A stretch of DNA of 64,000 bases from Bacteroidota bacterium. Its GTDB lineage: Bacteria > Bacteroidota > Bacteroidia > M30B66. This document shows, piece by piece, positions 41,954 through 52,089 of this stretch. The notes under the pieces were generated by a model that saw nothing but the letters and a program-made list of their open reading frames with translations, had not been told where the DNA came from and did no database searches. The stretch covers positions 19,625 to 83,624 of the forward strand of contig CANHIS010000002.1 in NCBI GenBank assembly GCA_947460255.1. The letters are read 5' to 3'. Numbering within the stretch: the first letter of the stretch is position 1; every line of letters starts with the position of its first letter. A program made the translations under genes and the position numbers.

Positions 41954-43111
41954 ATGCCGGTTTATCCAAACATCGTAACATCAAAATTACCAACCGTTCA
42001 AACCTCGATCTTCTCAGTAATGACGAAGCTCGCACAAGAAAACGGGGCCATTAATTTATCGCAAGGATTTCCGGGTTTCGATTGTTCTCCCGAGTTGATT
42101 TCATTGGTCGAAAAACACCTCCGCGGAGCGAAAAACCAATACGCACCGATGCCAGGCGTGCAAGTTTTGAGAGAAGCTATTTCCCGAAAAACGGAAGAAA
42201 TGTACTCGATACACTACGATCCTGATACGGAAATAACTGTAACTGCTGGCGCCACACAGGCATTATACACTGCCATTTCGGCTTTTGTGCGCGATGGCGA
42301 CGAGGTGATAATCATCGAGCCGGCCTACGATTCTTATGCGCCTGCTGTTGAATTGGCTGGAGGGAAATCGGTGTTCTTTCAGTTGAATCCAGATTCTTTG
42401 AGCATCAATTGGACGGAATTTCAAAAGTTGATCAATCAGCGAACCCGAATGATCATCATCAATACGCCACACAATCCTACAGGATCGGTACTTTCGGCTG
42501 CAGATATGATGAAACTTGAAAAGCTCACCAACAAAACCGACATTATTATCCTGAGCGATGAAGTGTATGAACACATCATCTTCGATAAACTTGAACATCA
42601 AAGTGTTGCCCGATTTCCGAAACTGGCCGAACGTTCGGTGATCATTTCCTCATTTGGGAAAACCTATCACACCACAGGCTGGAAGGTTGGCTACTGTTTG
42701 GCTCCTGCAAACCTCATGGCCGAATTTAGAAAGGTGCACCAATTCCTCGTTTTTTCGGTGAATACGCCCGTGCAATATGCGCTTGCCGATTACCTTCAAA
42801 ACAAAGACGCTTATTTGCAACTATCGGCTTTCTATCAAGAGAAGCGCGATTTTTTTAATCGACTTTTTAGCTCATCTAGGTTCAAGTTTCAACCTTCGCC
42901 AGGAACATACTTTCAGTTGATGGATTACAGCGCTATTTCGGTTGAGAAGGACACCGATTTTGCCCGTCGGCTCACCGTTGAACATGGCGTTGCATCGATT
43001 CCTGTATCGGTATTTTATCACAAGAAAACCGAGTCGAAGTTTCTTAGATTCTGCTTCGCTAAAAACAACGATGAGCTTGAAAAGGCTGCTGAAAAACTCT
43101 TGAAACTATGA
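41954..43111 (+). CDS. ybdL: class I PLP aminotransferase, methionine/glutamine aminotransferase YbdL-like
   Basis: 385 aa with NTPHNPTG and a PLP lysine context SSFGKTYHTTGWKVGY. It overlaps the omega-amidase gene by 4 nt. Confidence 0.78.
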   Translation: MPVYPNIVTSKLPTVQTSIFSVMTKLAQENGAINLSQGFPGFDCSPELISLVEKHLRGAKNQYAPMPGVQVLREAISRKTEEMYSIHYDPDTEITVTAGATQALYTAISAFVRDGDEVIIIEPAYDSYAPAVELAGGKSVFFQLNPDSLSINWTEFQKLINQRTRMIIINTPHNPTGSVLSAADMMKLEKLTNKTDIIILSDEVYEHIIFDKLEHQSVARFPKLAERSVIISSFGKTYHTTGWKVGYCLAPANLMAEFRKVHQFLVFSVNTPVQYALADYLQNKDAYLQLSAFYQEKRDFFNRLFSSSRFKFQPSPGTYFQLMDYSAISVEKDTDFARRLTVEHGVASIPVSVFYHKKTESKFLRFCFAKNNDELEKAAEKLLKL

Positions 43112-43905
43112 ACCAAACTTTGCATGTTACCATCGTTCAATCGCGCATCGCTTGGCAAGATGTGCAGCAAAACCTCGATTGGTTCGAAGCAAAAATGGAG
43201 AGCATTTCTGGCGCAACAGATATCATTGTGCTTCCAGAAATGTTCACTACTGGTTTCAGCATGGAGAATGAAAAATTGGCAGAAGAGTCTGGTGGGAAAT
43301 CCACGCAATGGATGCACCGGATGGCCTCAAAATACAATGCCGTGGTGGTGGGCTCGATTATAGTGAAAGACAAAGCCAAGTTTTACAACCGTTTGGTTTG
43401 GATGCACCCTTCCGGGGAAGCCGAGTTCTACGACAAGCGCCATCTTTTTCGCATGGCAAACGAGCATAACAATTACACGGAAGGCACATCAAGGCTGGTT
43501 TTCTATTACAAAGGCTGGAAGATTTGTCCGCTGATTTGTTACGACCTTCGTTTTCCAGTGTGGTCGAGAAACCGTCTGATCAACAACCAACATGATTACG
43601 ACTGTTTACTCTACGTTGCCAATTGGCCAGAGAAAAGATCTCATGCTTGGAAGTCACTTTTGGTAGCGCGGGCAATTGAAAATCAGGCATATGTGATTGG
43701 AGTGAATCGAATTGGTAATGATGGCAACGGTATCATCTATTCGGGCGATTCGGTTGTTTTAAATTATATGGGTGAAAAAATATCGAAAACCGAAAGATTC
43801 GGCGACCGTGTTGAAACAATTACCATGACCAAAAAAGACCTCGAGGATTTCAGGCTGCAATTTCCCGCAGGACTGGATGCCGACAATTTTACAGTACATT
43901 TATAA
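43108..43905 (+). CDS. yafV: omega-amidase, carbon-nitrogen hydrolase family (YafV)
   Basis: Close by eye to E. coli YafV as I recall it: PEMFTTGF, FYDKRHLFRMANEH, CYDLRFPVWSRN, YVANWPEKRSHAWKSLLVARAIENQAYV. Confidence 0.9.
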   Translation: MNQTLHVTIVQSRIAWQDVQQNLDWFEAKMESISGATDIIVLPEMFTTGFSMENEKLAEESGGKSTQWMHRMASKYNAVVVGSIIVKDKAKFYNRLVWMHPSGEAEFYDKRHLFRMANEHNNYTEGTSRLVFYYKGWKICPLICYDLRFPVWSRNRLINNQHDYDCLLYVANWPEKRSHAWKSLLVARAIENQAYVIGVNRIGNDGNGIIYSGDSVVLNYMGEKISKTERFGDRVETITMTKKDLEDFRLQFPAGLDADNFTVHL

Positions 43906-43909
43906 AGAC

Positions 43910-45307
43910 ATGAAAATTAGCCTATTCCTATCCTTATTCTTTTCAATTTGTTCCTCTTTCGCGCAAGTAACCTTTCGGGTGATCAGTCTTCCAGCGAACA
44001 GCCCTGCCAATGCGCCCATCTTTGTGGCTGGAAGTTTCAACAATTGGAATCCTGCTTCAACTGCGCATCAGTTGGTTGATTTAATTGATGGAGATCCTGC
44101 TATCACGCTCAATATCTCCGGAAGCATCACTTGCAAATTCACACGCGGGTCTTGGGAAACAGTGGAAGGCAATGCCACAGGAAGCTTTCTTCCCGATAGG
44201 CAATTCAATGTTTCTCCAAATGATACTGTGTTGATTGGAATCCAATCTTGGGAAGATCTTGGTGGTTCAACTGGCAATGGAACAGCTTTACCTTCAGTGT
44301 CGTTGCTATCAGCTTCATTCAGTATGCCTGAGTTAAACCGTTCGCGCAGAATTTGGGTTTGTTTGCCTGAAGATTATACCACCGCAACCGAGAAACGTTA
44401 CCGCGTGTTGTACATGCAAGACGGACAGAATCTCTTCAACAACAGCTTAGCTTTTGCTGGCGAATGGGAAGTAGATGAATCGATGCGTGATTTGTTCCTT
44501 GCAGGGGATAAAGGAGCCATCGTAATCGGCATCGACAATGGTGGTGCAGAACGTTTGAATGAATATTCACCTTGGGAAAATCCAAGTTATGGTGGAGGCG
44601 ATGGTGATGCTTATGTAGATTTCATGCGCAATACCTTGAAGCCTTACGTAGACGCAAACTACAGAACGCTCACAGAGCCAGAGAATACAGGCGTTGCAGG
44701 TTCATCCATGGGTGGATTGATTTCGATGTATGCAGCGATGCGATATCCCGATACATATGGAAAAGCTGGGATTTTTTCACCGGCCTTTTGGTTCGCAGAA
44801 TCGGCAATGCACACTTGGATGAACGGTTTGATTTTACCTTCTAGTTTACGTGTGTATTTCGTGGCTGGAACAACAGAAAGTTCTAGCATGATTACAGATA
44901 TCAATCAAATGCGGAATTTGTTGTCGTATGCAGGTGTTTCCGATTCGAATTTGCGGGTAGTACCGCAAGCAGATGGAGCACACAGTGAATGGTTTTGGAA
45001 CCGAGAATTTCCTGAGGCTTACACTTGGTTGTGGGATGATTTGAGCACTTCAATTTCTGCGGAGGCATCAAATCCAGCTGTGAAATTATATCCGAACCCT
45101 GTAGAATCTGCAGTTTCTGTTTGTCGCGAAACAAATGAAGCTGCCAGTTTTGGGATCAGAAATTTAACTGGTCAACTCTTGAACAGTGGATGGCTTCAGC
45201 AAACCTGTGATCAAATCTCCGTTTCTGGATTCAGTGCTGGAGTGTACATCATGGAAGTGCGAGAAAATAACGGATCAGTGAGCAGGAATCGATTTGTAGT
45301 GAAGTAA
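43910..45307 (+). CDS. esterase family (PF00756-like) protein with an N-terminal carbohydrate-binding-like module and T9SS type A sorting domain
   Basis: Signal peptide MKISLFLSLFFSICSSFAQ, an N-terminal beta module (VAGSFNNWNP), an esterase block RVLYMQDGQNLF...GSSMGGLIS, and a C-terminus VKLYPNPVES...SAGVYIMEV...RFVVK. Confidence 0.8.
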   Translation: MKISLFLSLFFSICSSFAQVTFRVISLPANSPANAPIFVAGSFNNWNPASTAHQLVDLIDGDPAITLNISGSITCKFTRGSWETVEGNATGSFLPDRQFNVSPNDTVLIGIQSWEDLGGSTGNGTALPSVSLLSASFSMPELNRSRRIWVCLPEDYTTATEKRYRVLYMQDGQNLFNNSLAFAGEWEVDESMRDLFLAGDKGAIVIGIDNGGAERLNEYSPWENPSYGGGDGDAYVDFMRNTLKPYVDANYRTLTEPENTGVAGSSMGGLISMYAAMRYPDTYGKAGIFSPAFWFAESAMHTWMNGLILPSSLRVYFVAGTTESSSMITDINQMRNLLSYAGVSDSNLRVVPQADGAHSEWFWNREFPEAYTWLWDDLSTSISAEASNPAVKLYPNPVESAVSVCRETNEAASFGIRNLTGQLLNSGWLQQTCDQISVSGFSAGVYIMEVRENNGSVSRNRFVVK

Positions 45308-45335
45308 AAACTCGATTGATGATAATCTTCCTTAG

Positions 45336-46502
45336 TTGCAACAATATACATTTCTGCAACCCTTGCCTACAAACCTAAATTCAAGCAAATTGACAAATCA
45401 ATACTTACACAAATCCATCTATTCTCTTCTGCTGGTATTGATTTTCTTCACCTCTTGTAAGGGACAAACAAAAACAGAATCTCCAACCGACAAACCAAGC
45501 GAGCTTAAAGCTTCACTTTCAGGAAAAACGAAACTTACAAGAACACAGAGTTTAAGCGAATATCAAAATGTTGAATGTGGCTTACAAGACAAACAGGGCA
45601 ACATTTGGTTTGGAACTACGGGAGAAGGTGTGTATAAATACGATGGTGAATTGTTTACTCAATTTACCATGAAGGATGGTTTAAGCAGTAATTGTATTTG
45701 GTCGATTTTGGAGGACAATGCAGGGAACATTTGGTTTGGAACAAGCGAAGGTATTTGTCGCACCCAAGGAGATAAGATCATTCGTTTTGAAATCAATTAT
45801 TTGATCAGACCAGTAATCACCGACAACAGCTACTACAATGATTGGTCTACGAAGAATTCAGTTTGGAGTATGCTGCAAGATAAAAGTGGTAAACTATGGT
45901 TCGGCACTGGTGATGGAGTTTACTGTTATAACGGATTGTCCTTTACCCGCTTTTTAGCGAACGACGGCGTCATTAATAAAGATAGTTTGCACCTCAAAGT
46001 CGTAGCAGACATTATCGAAGATGAGAATGGAATGATGTGGTTTCTATCCGGTATACTTCCTGGCAGTGAAGGGATTTGTCGGTATGACGGGAAAAAGATA
46101 GAACGCTTCAAGCCAAGAGATTATGGATGGAATCGTTATGGGTTTCTTAATAAAGCTGGAAACTTAATAGTTGCAACCAGAAATTATGGTATTTGGACTT
46201 TTGATGGAAAATCCTTTGTTGATTACTACCATCCAAAAGACTTAGTAAAATCTTCAATTAGTTATATTTTAGAAGACAAAGCAGGAAATTTTTGGGTTTC
46301 ATCCGATTACGGAAAAGAACAAGGCGACACACTTGGAGGGTTGTGGTACTCAAGTAATCCCGCAGAGAAACCATTCACAAAGATTTTCAATAAGGAAGTT
46401 TTCTTCATCATGGAAGACAACGACCGTAACATTTGGTTCAGCACAAGAAACATGGGGCTCTATCGCTTCGACAGAAAAACGATCACCCAATATTCTGAAT
46501 AG
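45336..46502 (+). CDS. two-component-regulator-propeller (Reg_prop) repeat lipoprotein
   Basis: Repeats DKQGNIWFGTTGEGVYKYDG, DNAGNIWFGTSEGI, DKSGKLWFGTGDGVYCYNG and DRNIWFSTRNMGLYRFD, with the lipobox-like FFTSC. The start codon is uncertain: TTG 45336 or TTG 45390. Confidence 0.7.
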   Translation: MQQYTFLQPLPTNLNSSKLTNQYLHKSIYSLLLVLIFFTSCKGQTKTESPTDKPSELKASLSGKTKLTRTQSLSEYQNVECGLQDKQGNIWFGTTGEGVYKYDGELFTQFTMKDGLSSNCIWSILEDNAGNIWFGTSEGICRTQGDKIIRFEINYLIRPVITDNSYYNDWSTKNSVWSMLQDKSGKLWFGTGDGVYCYNGLSFTRFLANDGVINKDSLHLKVVADIIEDENGMMWFLSGILPGSEGICRYDGKKIERFKPRDYGWNRYGFLNKAGNLIVATRNYGIWTFDGKSFVDYYHPKDLVKSSISYILEDKAGNFWVSSDYGKEQGDTLGGLWYSSNPAEKPFTKIFNKEVFFIMEDNDRNIWFSTRNMGLYRFDRKTITQYSE

Positions 46503-46522
46503 GCAATTTTAGGAATTGATAA

Positions 46523-47362
46523 CTACAACTTCTTCTTGCCTAGTTGAATCGCTATTCCAGCGCTTACATTTAAACGTTGAATTTTGAAAGATGCTGTGTT
46601 AAGTGTTGATGCGACAGGGATGATGAGATTCACTTCTGTGACTTCTCCTGCAAATCGATATTGATCCAAAAGCGGTAAGCTGTATTCTGCTGTAAATAGG
46701 GCAGAGAGCCCAGGTTTAATTTCATTTACCCACGAAATTCCAGCGCGCGCATCGAGGTAAATTGTTTCAGCAACTTCAAGATTTAACTGGGCCTTATTCA
46801 CCAAAGCTCCAATAAATGGGATGTTGAGAATGGTGTCGCTTCGAGAATACAGTTCGTTTTCCTGCATTAAGTTCACCCCTGCAGAAATTCCACCAAAGAT
46901 GAGCAGGTGCTGGCCGGTTTCCCGAAGGGGATTCCAAATCAAATTCGCCTGAATTGTTGGTGTTTGGATGTTGATTTTCCCAGCTTCGATAGCATCGTTG
47001 AAGTGTCGAAGACTTTGTTGCATGTAATTCAATCCGAAACTCCAAGTGAAGCCTTTGTTGAGGTTTCTCAAATAATTGAAGCCAACAGAAAATCCTGCAC
47101 CGGTTCCCAAAACTGGACTTCCCAAGGTGTCGTTTGGATCAACCAAATTGTCCGAAATGCTCTGTGAGGGATCGGTTGTGCTAGGTAAATTCAGCTGCTT
47201 GTGGAAAGATGTTGTGGGCATCGTTCCTCCAATCTGACACCCGAAAAGCGATTTTACAGGTTTGGCAGATTGTGCAATAACATTAATGGAGCATCCGAAA
47301 AACAAAACACCTGCACATGTCAGGATTTTGCTGAATTGTGCAAGTGTCTTCATAGTTTTCAA
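46523..47362 (-). CDS. hypothetical outer-membrane beta-barrel-like protein
   Basis: 279 aa with a signal peptide ending VIAQ, alternating hydrophobic beta-strand-like segments and G/N/S-rich turns. It starts 3 nt after the accC stop. Confidence 0.55.
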   Translation of the reverse strand: MKTMKTLAQFSKILTCAGVLFFGCSINVIAQSAKPVKSLFGCQIGGTMPTTSFHKQLNLPSTTDPSQSISDNLVDPNDTLGSPVLGTGAGFSVGFNYLRNLNKGFTWSFGLNYMQQSLRHFNDAIEAGKINIQTPTIQANLIWNPLRETGQHLLIFGGISAGVNLMQENELYSRSDTILNIPFIGALVNKAQLNLEVAETIYLDARAGISWVNEIKPGLSALFTAEYSLPLLDQYRFAGEVTEVNLIIPVASTLNTASFKIQRLNVSAGIAIQLGKKKL

Positions 47363-47365
47363 TAA

Positions 47366-48712
47366 TTATTCGATGGTCGAAAAATCGAATCCTTCGAGGA
47401 ATTTTGTTGTGTAGTTTCCGGCAACGAAATCTGGATCATCCATCAATTTCTTGTGGAAAGGAATAGTGGTTTTGATACCATCAATCACAAATTCGTGCAA
47501 CGCGCGCTTCATTTTCGCAATAGCTTCCTCACGTGTTTGTGCAACGGTTATCAATTTAGCGATCATCGAGTCGTAATTCGGAGGAATGGTATATCCTGCG
47601 TATGCGTGCGTGTCTAGACGAACTCCATGTCCGCCCGGCGCGTGAAAAGTAGTAATCGTTCCTGGCGATGGACGGAAGTTGTTCTTGATATCTTCCGCAT
47701 TGATCCGACATTCGATAGCGTGCATCGAAGGGTAGTAGTTCTTCCCAGAGATTGGAACTCCGGCCGCCACTTTGATCTGTTCACGAATTAAGTCATAATC
47801 GATAACCTCTTCAGTGATAGGATGTTCCACCTGAATTCGGGTGTTCATCTCCATGAAGTAGAAGTTACGGTGCTTATCTACCAGAAATTCGATCGTTCCA
47901 CAACCTTCGTAATTCACAGCTTTTGCAGCTTTCACGGCAGCATCACCCATTTCATCACGAAGTTCTTGAGTCATGAATGGAGAAGGAGTTTCCTCGATCA
48001 ACTTTTGGTGGCGACGTTGAATGGAACAATCGCGTTCAGAAAGGTGACTCACACGACCAAATTGATCTCCAATGATTTGGATTTCGATGTGACGTGGTTC
48101 TTCGATGTATTTTTCCATGTACATCCCGTCGTTCCCGAATGCTGCAGCAGCTTCTTGACGAGCAGAATCCCAAGCTGCTTCAACATCCTCTTCTTTCCAA
48201 ATGATACGCATACCACGTCCACCACCACCGGCAGTAGCTTTTAGGATTACAGGATATTTGATTTTCTTGGCGATTTTTATGGCATCAGCCACGCTTTCTA
48301 CCAAGCCATCAGAACCAGGAATGGTAGGAACACCAGCCTTTTTCATGGTATCTTTCGCCATGGATTTATCACCCATTTTGTCGATTTGTTCAGGTGTTGC
48401 ACCGATGAACTTTATGCCATGGTCTGAGCAAATCTTAGAAAACTTGGCATTTTCGGAAAGGAAACCATAGCCGGGATGTATAGCATCCGCGTTGGTGATT
48501 TCAGCTGCCGAGATGATGTTCGGAATGTTGAGGTAAGAATCGCGGCTCGGAGGTGGACCAATGCAAACGGCTTCATCAGCAAATCTCACATGGAGACTTT
48601 CTTTGTCGGCAGTGGAGTACACAGCCACCGTTTTGATGCCCATCTCGTGTGCTGTTCGGATAATCCGAAGTGCGATTTCACCGCGGTTAGCGATAAGAAT
48701 TTTTTTAAACAC
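47366..48712 (-). CDS. accC: acetyl-CoA carboxylase biotin carboxylase subunit
   Basis: [23 protein letters not shown]-grasp motifs and [11 protein letters not shown]. 448 aa. Confidence 0.97.
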   Translation of the reverse strand: MFKKILIANRGEIALRIIRTAHEMGIKTVAVYSTADKESLHVRFADEAVCIGPPPSRDSYLNIPNIISAAEITNADAIHPGYGFLSENAKFSKICSDHGIKFIGATPEQIDKMGDKSMAKDTMKKAGVPTIPGSDGLVESVADAIKIAKKIKYPVILKATAGGGGRGMRIIWKEEDVEAAWDSARQEAAAAFGNDGMYMEKYIEEPRHIEIQIIGDQFGRVSHLSERDCSIQRRHQKLIEETPSPFMTQELRDEMGDAAVKAAKAVNYEGCGTIEFLVDKHRNFYFMEMNTRIQVEHPITEEVIDYDLIREQIKVAAGVPISGKNYYPSMHAIECRINAEDIKNNFRPSPGTITTFHAPGGHGVRLDTHAYAGYTIPPNYDSMIAKLITVAQTREEAIAKMKRALHEFVIDGIKTTIPFHKKLMDDPDFVAGNYTTKFLEGFDFSTIE

Positions 48713-48744
48713 GACAATTGGATTTAACCTGATGGCAGAGCCGA

Positions 48745-49227
48745 TCAGGCAGGTTCAACAAGGAAAAGTGGCTGATCGTATTCTACTGGAGACGCATCGT
48801 CGACCAATACTTTTACAATACGGCCTTTCACGTCGCATTCGATTTCGTTGAAAAGTTTCATGGCTTCGATGATGCAAATTACTTTGCCTGGAGCCACTTC
48901 ATCGCCTACGTTAACGAACAAAGCCTTATCAGGTCCTGGTGAGCGGTAGAATGTACCGATCATTGGAGATTTGATGGTTACAGTGTTCGAAACAGGTTCT
49001 GCAACGGGCGCAGCAGGAGCAGGTGCAACGGCTACAGGAGCAGGTGCTGCCTGAAGTATCGGTGCAGGAGCCTCATTGGGAACCTGGTATACGATTGTTT
49101 CTTTTCCGGCCTTAGCAGCCTGTTCTGTCTTTACTGTCAGTTTGAAATCATCGGTTTCAAGTGATACTTCACTTACTCCTGATTTTGCTACAAACTTTAT
49201 CAGATCCTGGATTTCCCGGATGTCCAT
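48745..49227 (-). CDS. accB: acetyl-CoA carboxylase biotin carboxyl carrier protein
   Basis: A/P-rich linker and the biotinylation motif [13 protein letters not shown]. Confidence 0.95.
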   Translation of the reverse strand: MDIREIQDLIKFVAKSGVSEVSLETDDFKLTVKTEQAAKAGKETIVYQVPNEAPAPILQAAPAPVAVAPAPAAPVAEPVSNTVTIKSPMIGTFYRSPGPDKALFVNVGDEVAPGKVICIIEAMKLFNEIECDVKGRIVKVLVDDASPVEYDQPLFLVEPA

Positions 49228-49287
49228 AAAATTCAGTGTATTTTGATTGGGGGGTAAATTTATGAAAATATGCTTCGAGGCGTATAA

Positions 49288-50283
49288 TTATGAATTATAT
49301 GCCCATTTTAACCAAACGGCGCCCCAAGTAAACCCGCCACCAAAGGCAGCAAGGATGAGGTTATCGCCTTTTTTCAATTGTTTTTCCCACTCCCACAAAC
49401 AAAGTGGCAGCGTTCCATTCGTTGTATTTCCAAATTTTTGAATGTTGATCATCACTTTTTCGCGACCAACACCCATACGTTCTGCTGTTGCATCGATGAT
49501 GCGCAAGTTGGCTTGATGAGGAACCAACCACGAAATATCGTCGGCGGTGAGATTGTTACGGTCCATAATGCTGGCAGCAGCTTCGGCCATATTGGTTACT
49601 GCAAATCTGTACACTTGTTTTCCTTCTTGGTAAACGTAGTGTTCTTTAGCATCTACAGTGGCATAACTAGCAGGTTTTACCGACCCGCCTGCTTTCTGAT
49701 GCAAAAAGGTACGGCCTGACCCATCAGAATGCAGTGTAGCATCCATCACACCAACTTCTTCTTCGGTAGGCTCGAGGAGAATAGCTCCACATCCATCACC
49801 AAAAATTACGCAAGTGGTTCTGTCTGAATAATCAATGATAGACGACATTTTATCAGCACCAACTACGATCACTTTTTTATGAGCGCCAGTTTCAATAAAC
49901 TTAGATGCAGTAGTGAGGCCGAAAAGAAAGCCACTGCAAGCAGCACCTAAATCGAAGCCCCATGCTTTGGTAAGCCCAGCTTTATCGCAAACAATGTTGG
50001 CCGATGCTGGAAAGACTAAATCTGGTGTTACGGTGCAAAAAATTACAAGCTCGATGTCTTCTGGTTTGTTACCAGTTTTTTCAAGAAGTCCTTTGATGGC
50101 ATGAACGGCCATGTCTGTAACTCCTTGATTTTCACCCTTGAGAATTCTACGCTCGCTGATACCTGTTCTTGTGAGAATCCATTCGTCTGTTGTATCGACT
50201 AATTTTTCGAGATCCTTATTGGATAGTACATCTTCCGGTACATATCCCTGAACACCGGTAATGGCTGCGCGGATTTTACTCAT
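49288..50283 (-). CDS. fabH: 3-oxoacyl-ACP synthase III
   Basis: [17 protein letters not shown]..., active-site context [15 protein letters not shown] and [10 protein letters not shown]. The start at ATG 50283 overlaps the plsX stop by 8 nt. Confidence 0.93.
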   Translation of the reverse strand: MSKIRAAITGVQGYVPEDVLSNKDLEKLVDTTDEWILTRTGISERRILKGENQGVTDMAVHAIKGLLEKTGNKPEDIELVIFCTVTPDLVFPASANIVCDKAGLTKAWGFDLGAACSGFLFGLTTASKFIETGAHKKVIVVGADKMSSIIDYSDRTTCVIFGDGCGAILLEPTEEEVGVMDATLHSDGSGRTFLHQKAGGSVKPASYATVDAKEHYVYQEGKQVYRFAVTNMAEAAASIMDRNNLTADDISWLVPHQANLRIIDATAERMGVGREKVMINIQKFGNTTNGTLPLCLWEWEKQLKKGDNLILAAFGGGFTWGAVWLKWAYNS

Positions 50284-51220
50284 GTTGGAGAATAGCTTTA
50301 ATTTTTTCTGTAAGTCCTGCATTCGCTACGTTGTGTGCAAGGACTATCATATTTTTAATGGTAACATCGTTAGAAATTCCGTGGCCAACGATTACTGTTG
50401 AGTTTACGCCAAGCACGGGGGTTCCACCGTAGTTTTCGTAATTGAAACGATCTATATACGGATCGCTGAAATTACGTTTTTTGAAGATTCCATGAAAAGC
50501 TTCAGCCATTTTAAGGATCACATTACCTGTGAATCCATCGCACACCATAACATCGGCTTTGTCGTTGAAAAGATCACGTCCTTCTATGTTACCGATAAAG
50601 TTAAAATCATGTGTGCCTTCCATCAACTGGAAAGTTGCCTGAGCCAATTGGTTACCTTTTTCGGGCTCTTCTCCAATATTGATCAAACCAACTTTTGGAT
50701 TTTCAATGCCCAAAACACTGGAAGCGTACATGGATCCCAGAATGGCAAACTGATGCAACGTTTCAGGTTTGCAATCTGCATTAGAGCCCACATCGAGTAG
50801 AAGGCCGAAGCCGCCACTTTCTTTGGGCATTAACGACATAATGCAAGGCCTCTGAATTCCTTCGATAGTTTTCAGACTTAACACTGCACCAACTAGCATC
50901 GCACCGGTATTTCCAGCGCTCGCAAAAGCATCGATTTTTCCCTCCTTGAGAAGTTTGAAACCTACGGAAATGCTTGAATCTGGTTTAGAAGTGAAAGCCC
51001 TTGCTGGATGCTCACCCATTTCGATGACCGAATCAGCATGAACGATCTTGAAATCTTCTGGAGAAGCATTGTTCTTTAGAAGCGTTTGGACAATACGAGG
51101 CTTATCACCAATGAGCACAATCCGGCTGCTCTCAGGTAGAACCTTTGAGGCCAGAATCGCACCCTGGATGGTAGCATCGGGGGCGAAATCGCCACCCATA
51201 ATGTCTAGTCCGATCTGCAT
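50276..51220 (-). CDS. plsX: phosphate acyltransferase PlsX
   Basis: [14 protein letters not shown]...SAGNTGA...GNIEGRD...DGFTGNV. 314 aa. Confidence 0.95.
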   Translation of the reverse strand: MQIGLDIMGGDFAPDATIQGAILASKVLPESSRIVLIGDKPRIVQTLLKNNASPEDFKIVHADSVIEMGEHPARAFTSKPDSSISVGFKLLKEGKIDAFASAGNTGAMLVGAVLSLKTIEGIQRPCIMSLMPKESGGFGLLLDVGSNADCKPETLHQFAILGSMYASSVLGIENPKVGLINIGEEPEKGNQLAQATFQLMEGTHDFNFIGNIEGRDLFNDKADVMVCDGFTGNVILKMAEAFHGIFKKRNFSDPYIDRFNYENYGGTPVLGVNSTVIVGHGISNDVTIKNMIVLAHNVANAGLTEKIKAILQHE

Positions 51221-51256
51221 TTGCTCCCTAAGAGATAACAGCTAAATCCGTTAGGA

Positions 51257-51448
51257 TCAGGCAGTTACTTTGGCAGGAACAACTACTTTTCCTTTGTAGT
51301 AGAGGTCTCCATCCACAAAGTACGCTCTGTGGAAAAGGTGGATGGTGCCGGTAGTTTGACATTTAGCTAAAGTAGGAGCTTCAGCTTTGTAATGCGTTCT
51401 GCGCTTGTCGCGGCGGGTTTTCGAAATTTTTCGTTTCGGATGTGCCAT
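51257..51448 (-). CDS. rpmF: 50S ribosomal protein L32
   Basis: [21 protein letters not shown]. 63 aa. Confidence 0.95.
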   Translation of the reverse strand: MAHPKRKISKTRRDKRRTHYKAEAPTLAKCQTTGTIHLFHRAYFVDGDLYYKGKVVVPAKVTA

Positions 51449-51472
51449 GATGAATTGTTTATGCTGTTGTTA

Positions 51473-52087
51473 TCAATTGTCAGTGTTTGTAAGGCCTTTC
51501 AGCTTATCCCATCTTGGGTCAACTGGCGAAGATTCTTCGGGCACTATGATCTCGTTTAATCGGCTCAGCACCGTTTGGTCGCACATCGAAGTGTCATCTG
51601 TTTCTTCACAAGGTACTACGCGTAGCGGTAGCGAAAGTGCAATGTATTCGTAGAGGTGTTGTGCGATGTTGAACTCAAACTCCCCACGTGGAAGAATGAT
51701 CAGTTCGTCGTCATCGGCTTCTCCATCTCCAAGTTGAATGATGAGTCGTTGTGACCCTTCAACTGGATATGGAACCGAACCCGCGCATCGGTCGCACATC
51801 ACCTTCACTTGCCCTTCGAAGTCGAAGTTAAGGGTCATCATGTTCGGCTGTTTGTGCAACAGAACATCGACCTTCACATCGCCTCCTTCAACTACAGAAT
51901 ATTCCAAGCCGGAGAAGAATTGGTCTCCGATTTCAAAAGCAAAATTATGATCTCCATCGGCTAGGCCGGAGAACTGTATTGCAAACTGTTGGAAATAGTC
52001 CGTCGCCACGGTATTTTTATAAAGGACGGCAAAGATAGTGGAATTTTTTATTGAAGAAACAGCATGTGTAAAATATCCTGAATCCAA
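51473..52087 (-). CDS. yceD: DUF177 (YceD family) protein
   Basis: Position upstream of rpmF-plsX-fabH, with the C-terminal Cys pattern CDRCAG...CEE...C. The start is uncertain: the track uses TTG 52087, and an internal GVG/GTG start is possible. Confidence 0.78.
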   Translation of the reverse strand: MDSGYFTHAVSSIKNSTIFAVLYKNTVATDYFQQFAIQFSGLADGDHNFAFEIGDQFFSGLEYSVVEGGDVKVDVLLHKQPNMMTLNFDFEGQVKVMCDRCAGSVPYPVEGSQRLIIQLGDGEADDDELIILPRGEFEFNIAQHLYEYIALSLPLRVVPCEETDDTSMCDQTVLSRLNEIIVPEESSPVDPRWDKLKGLTNTDN

Positions 52088-52089
52088 TA

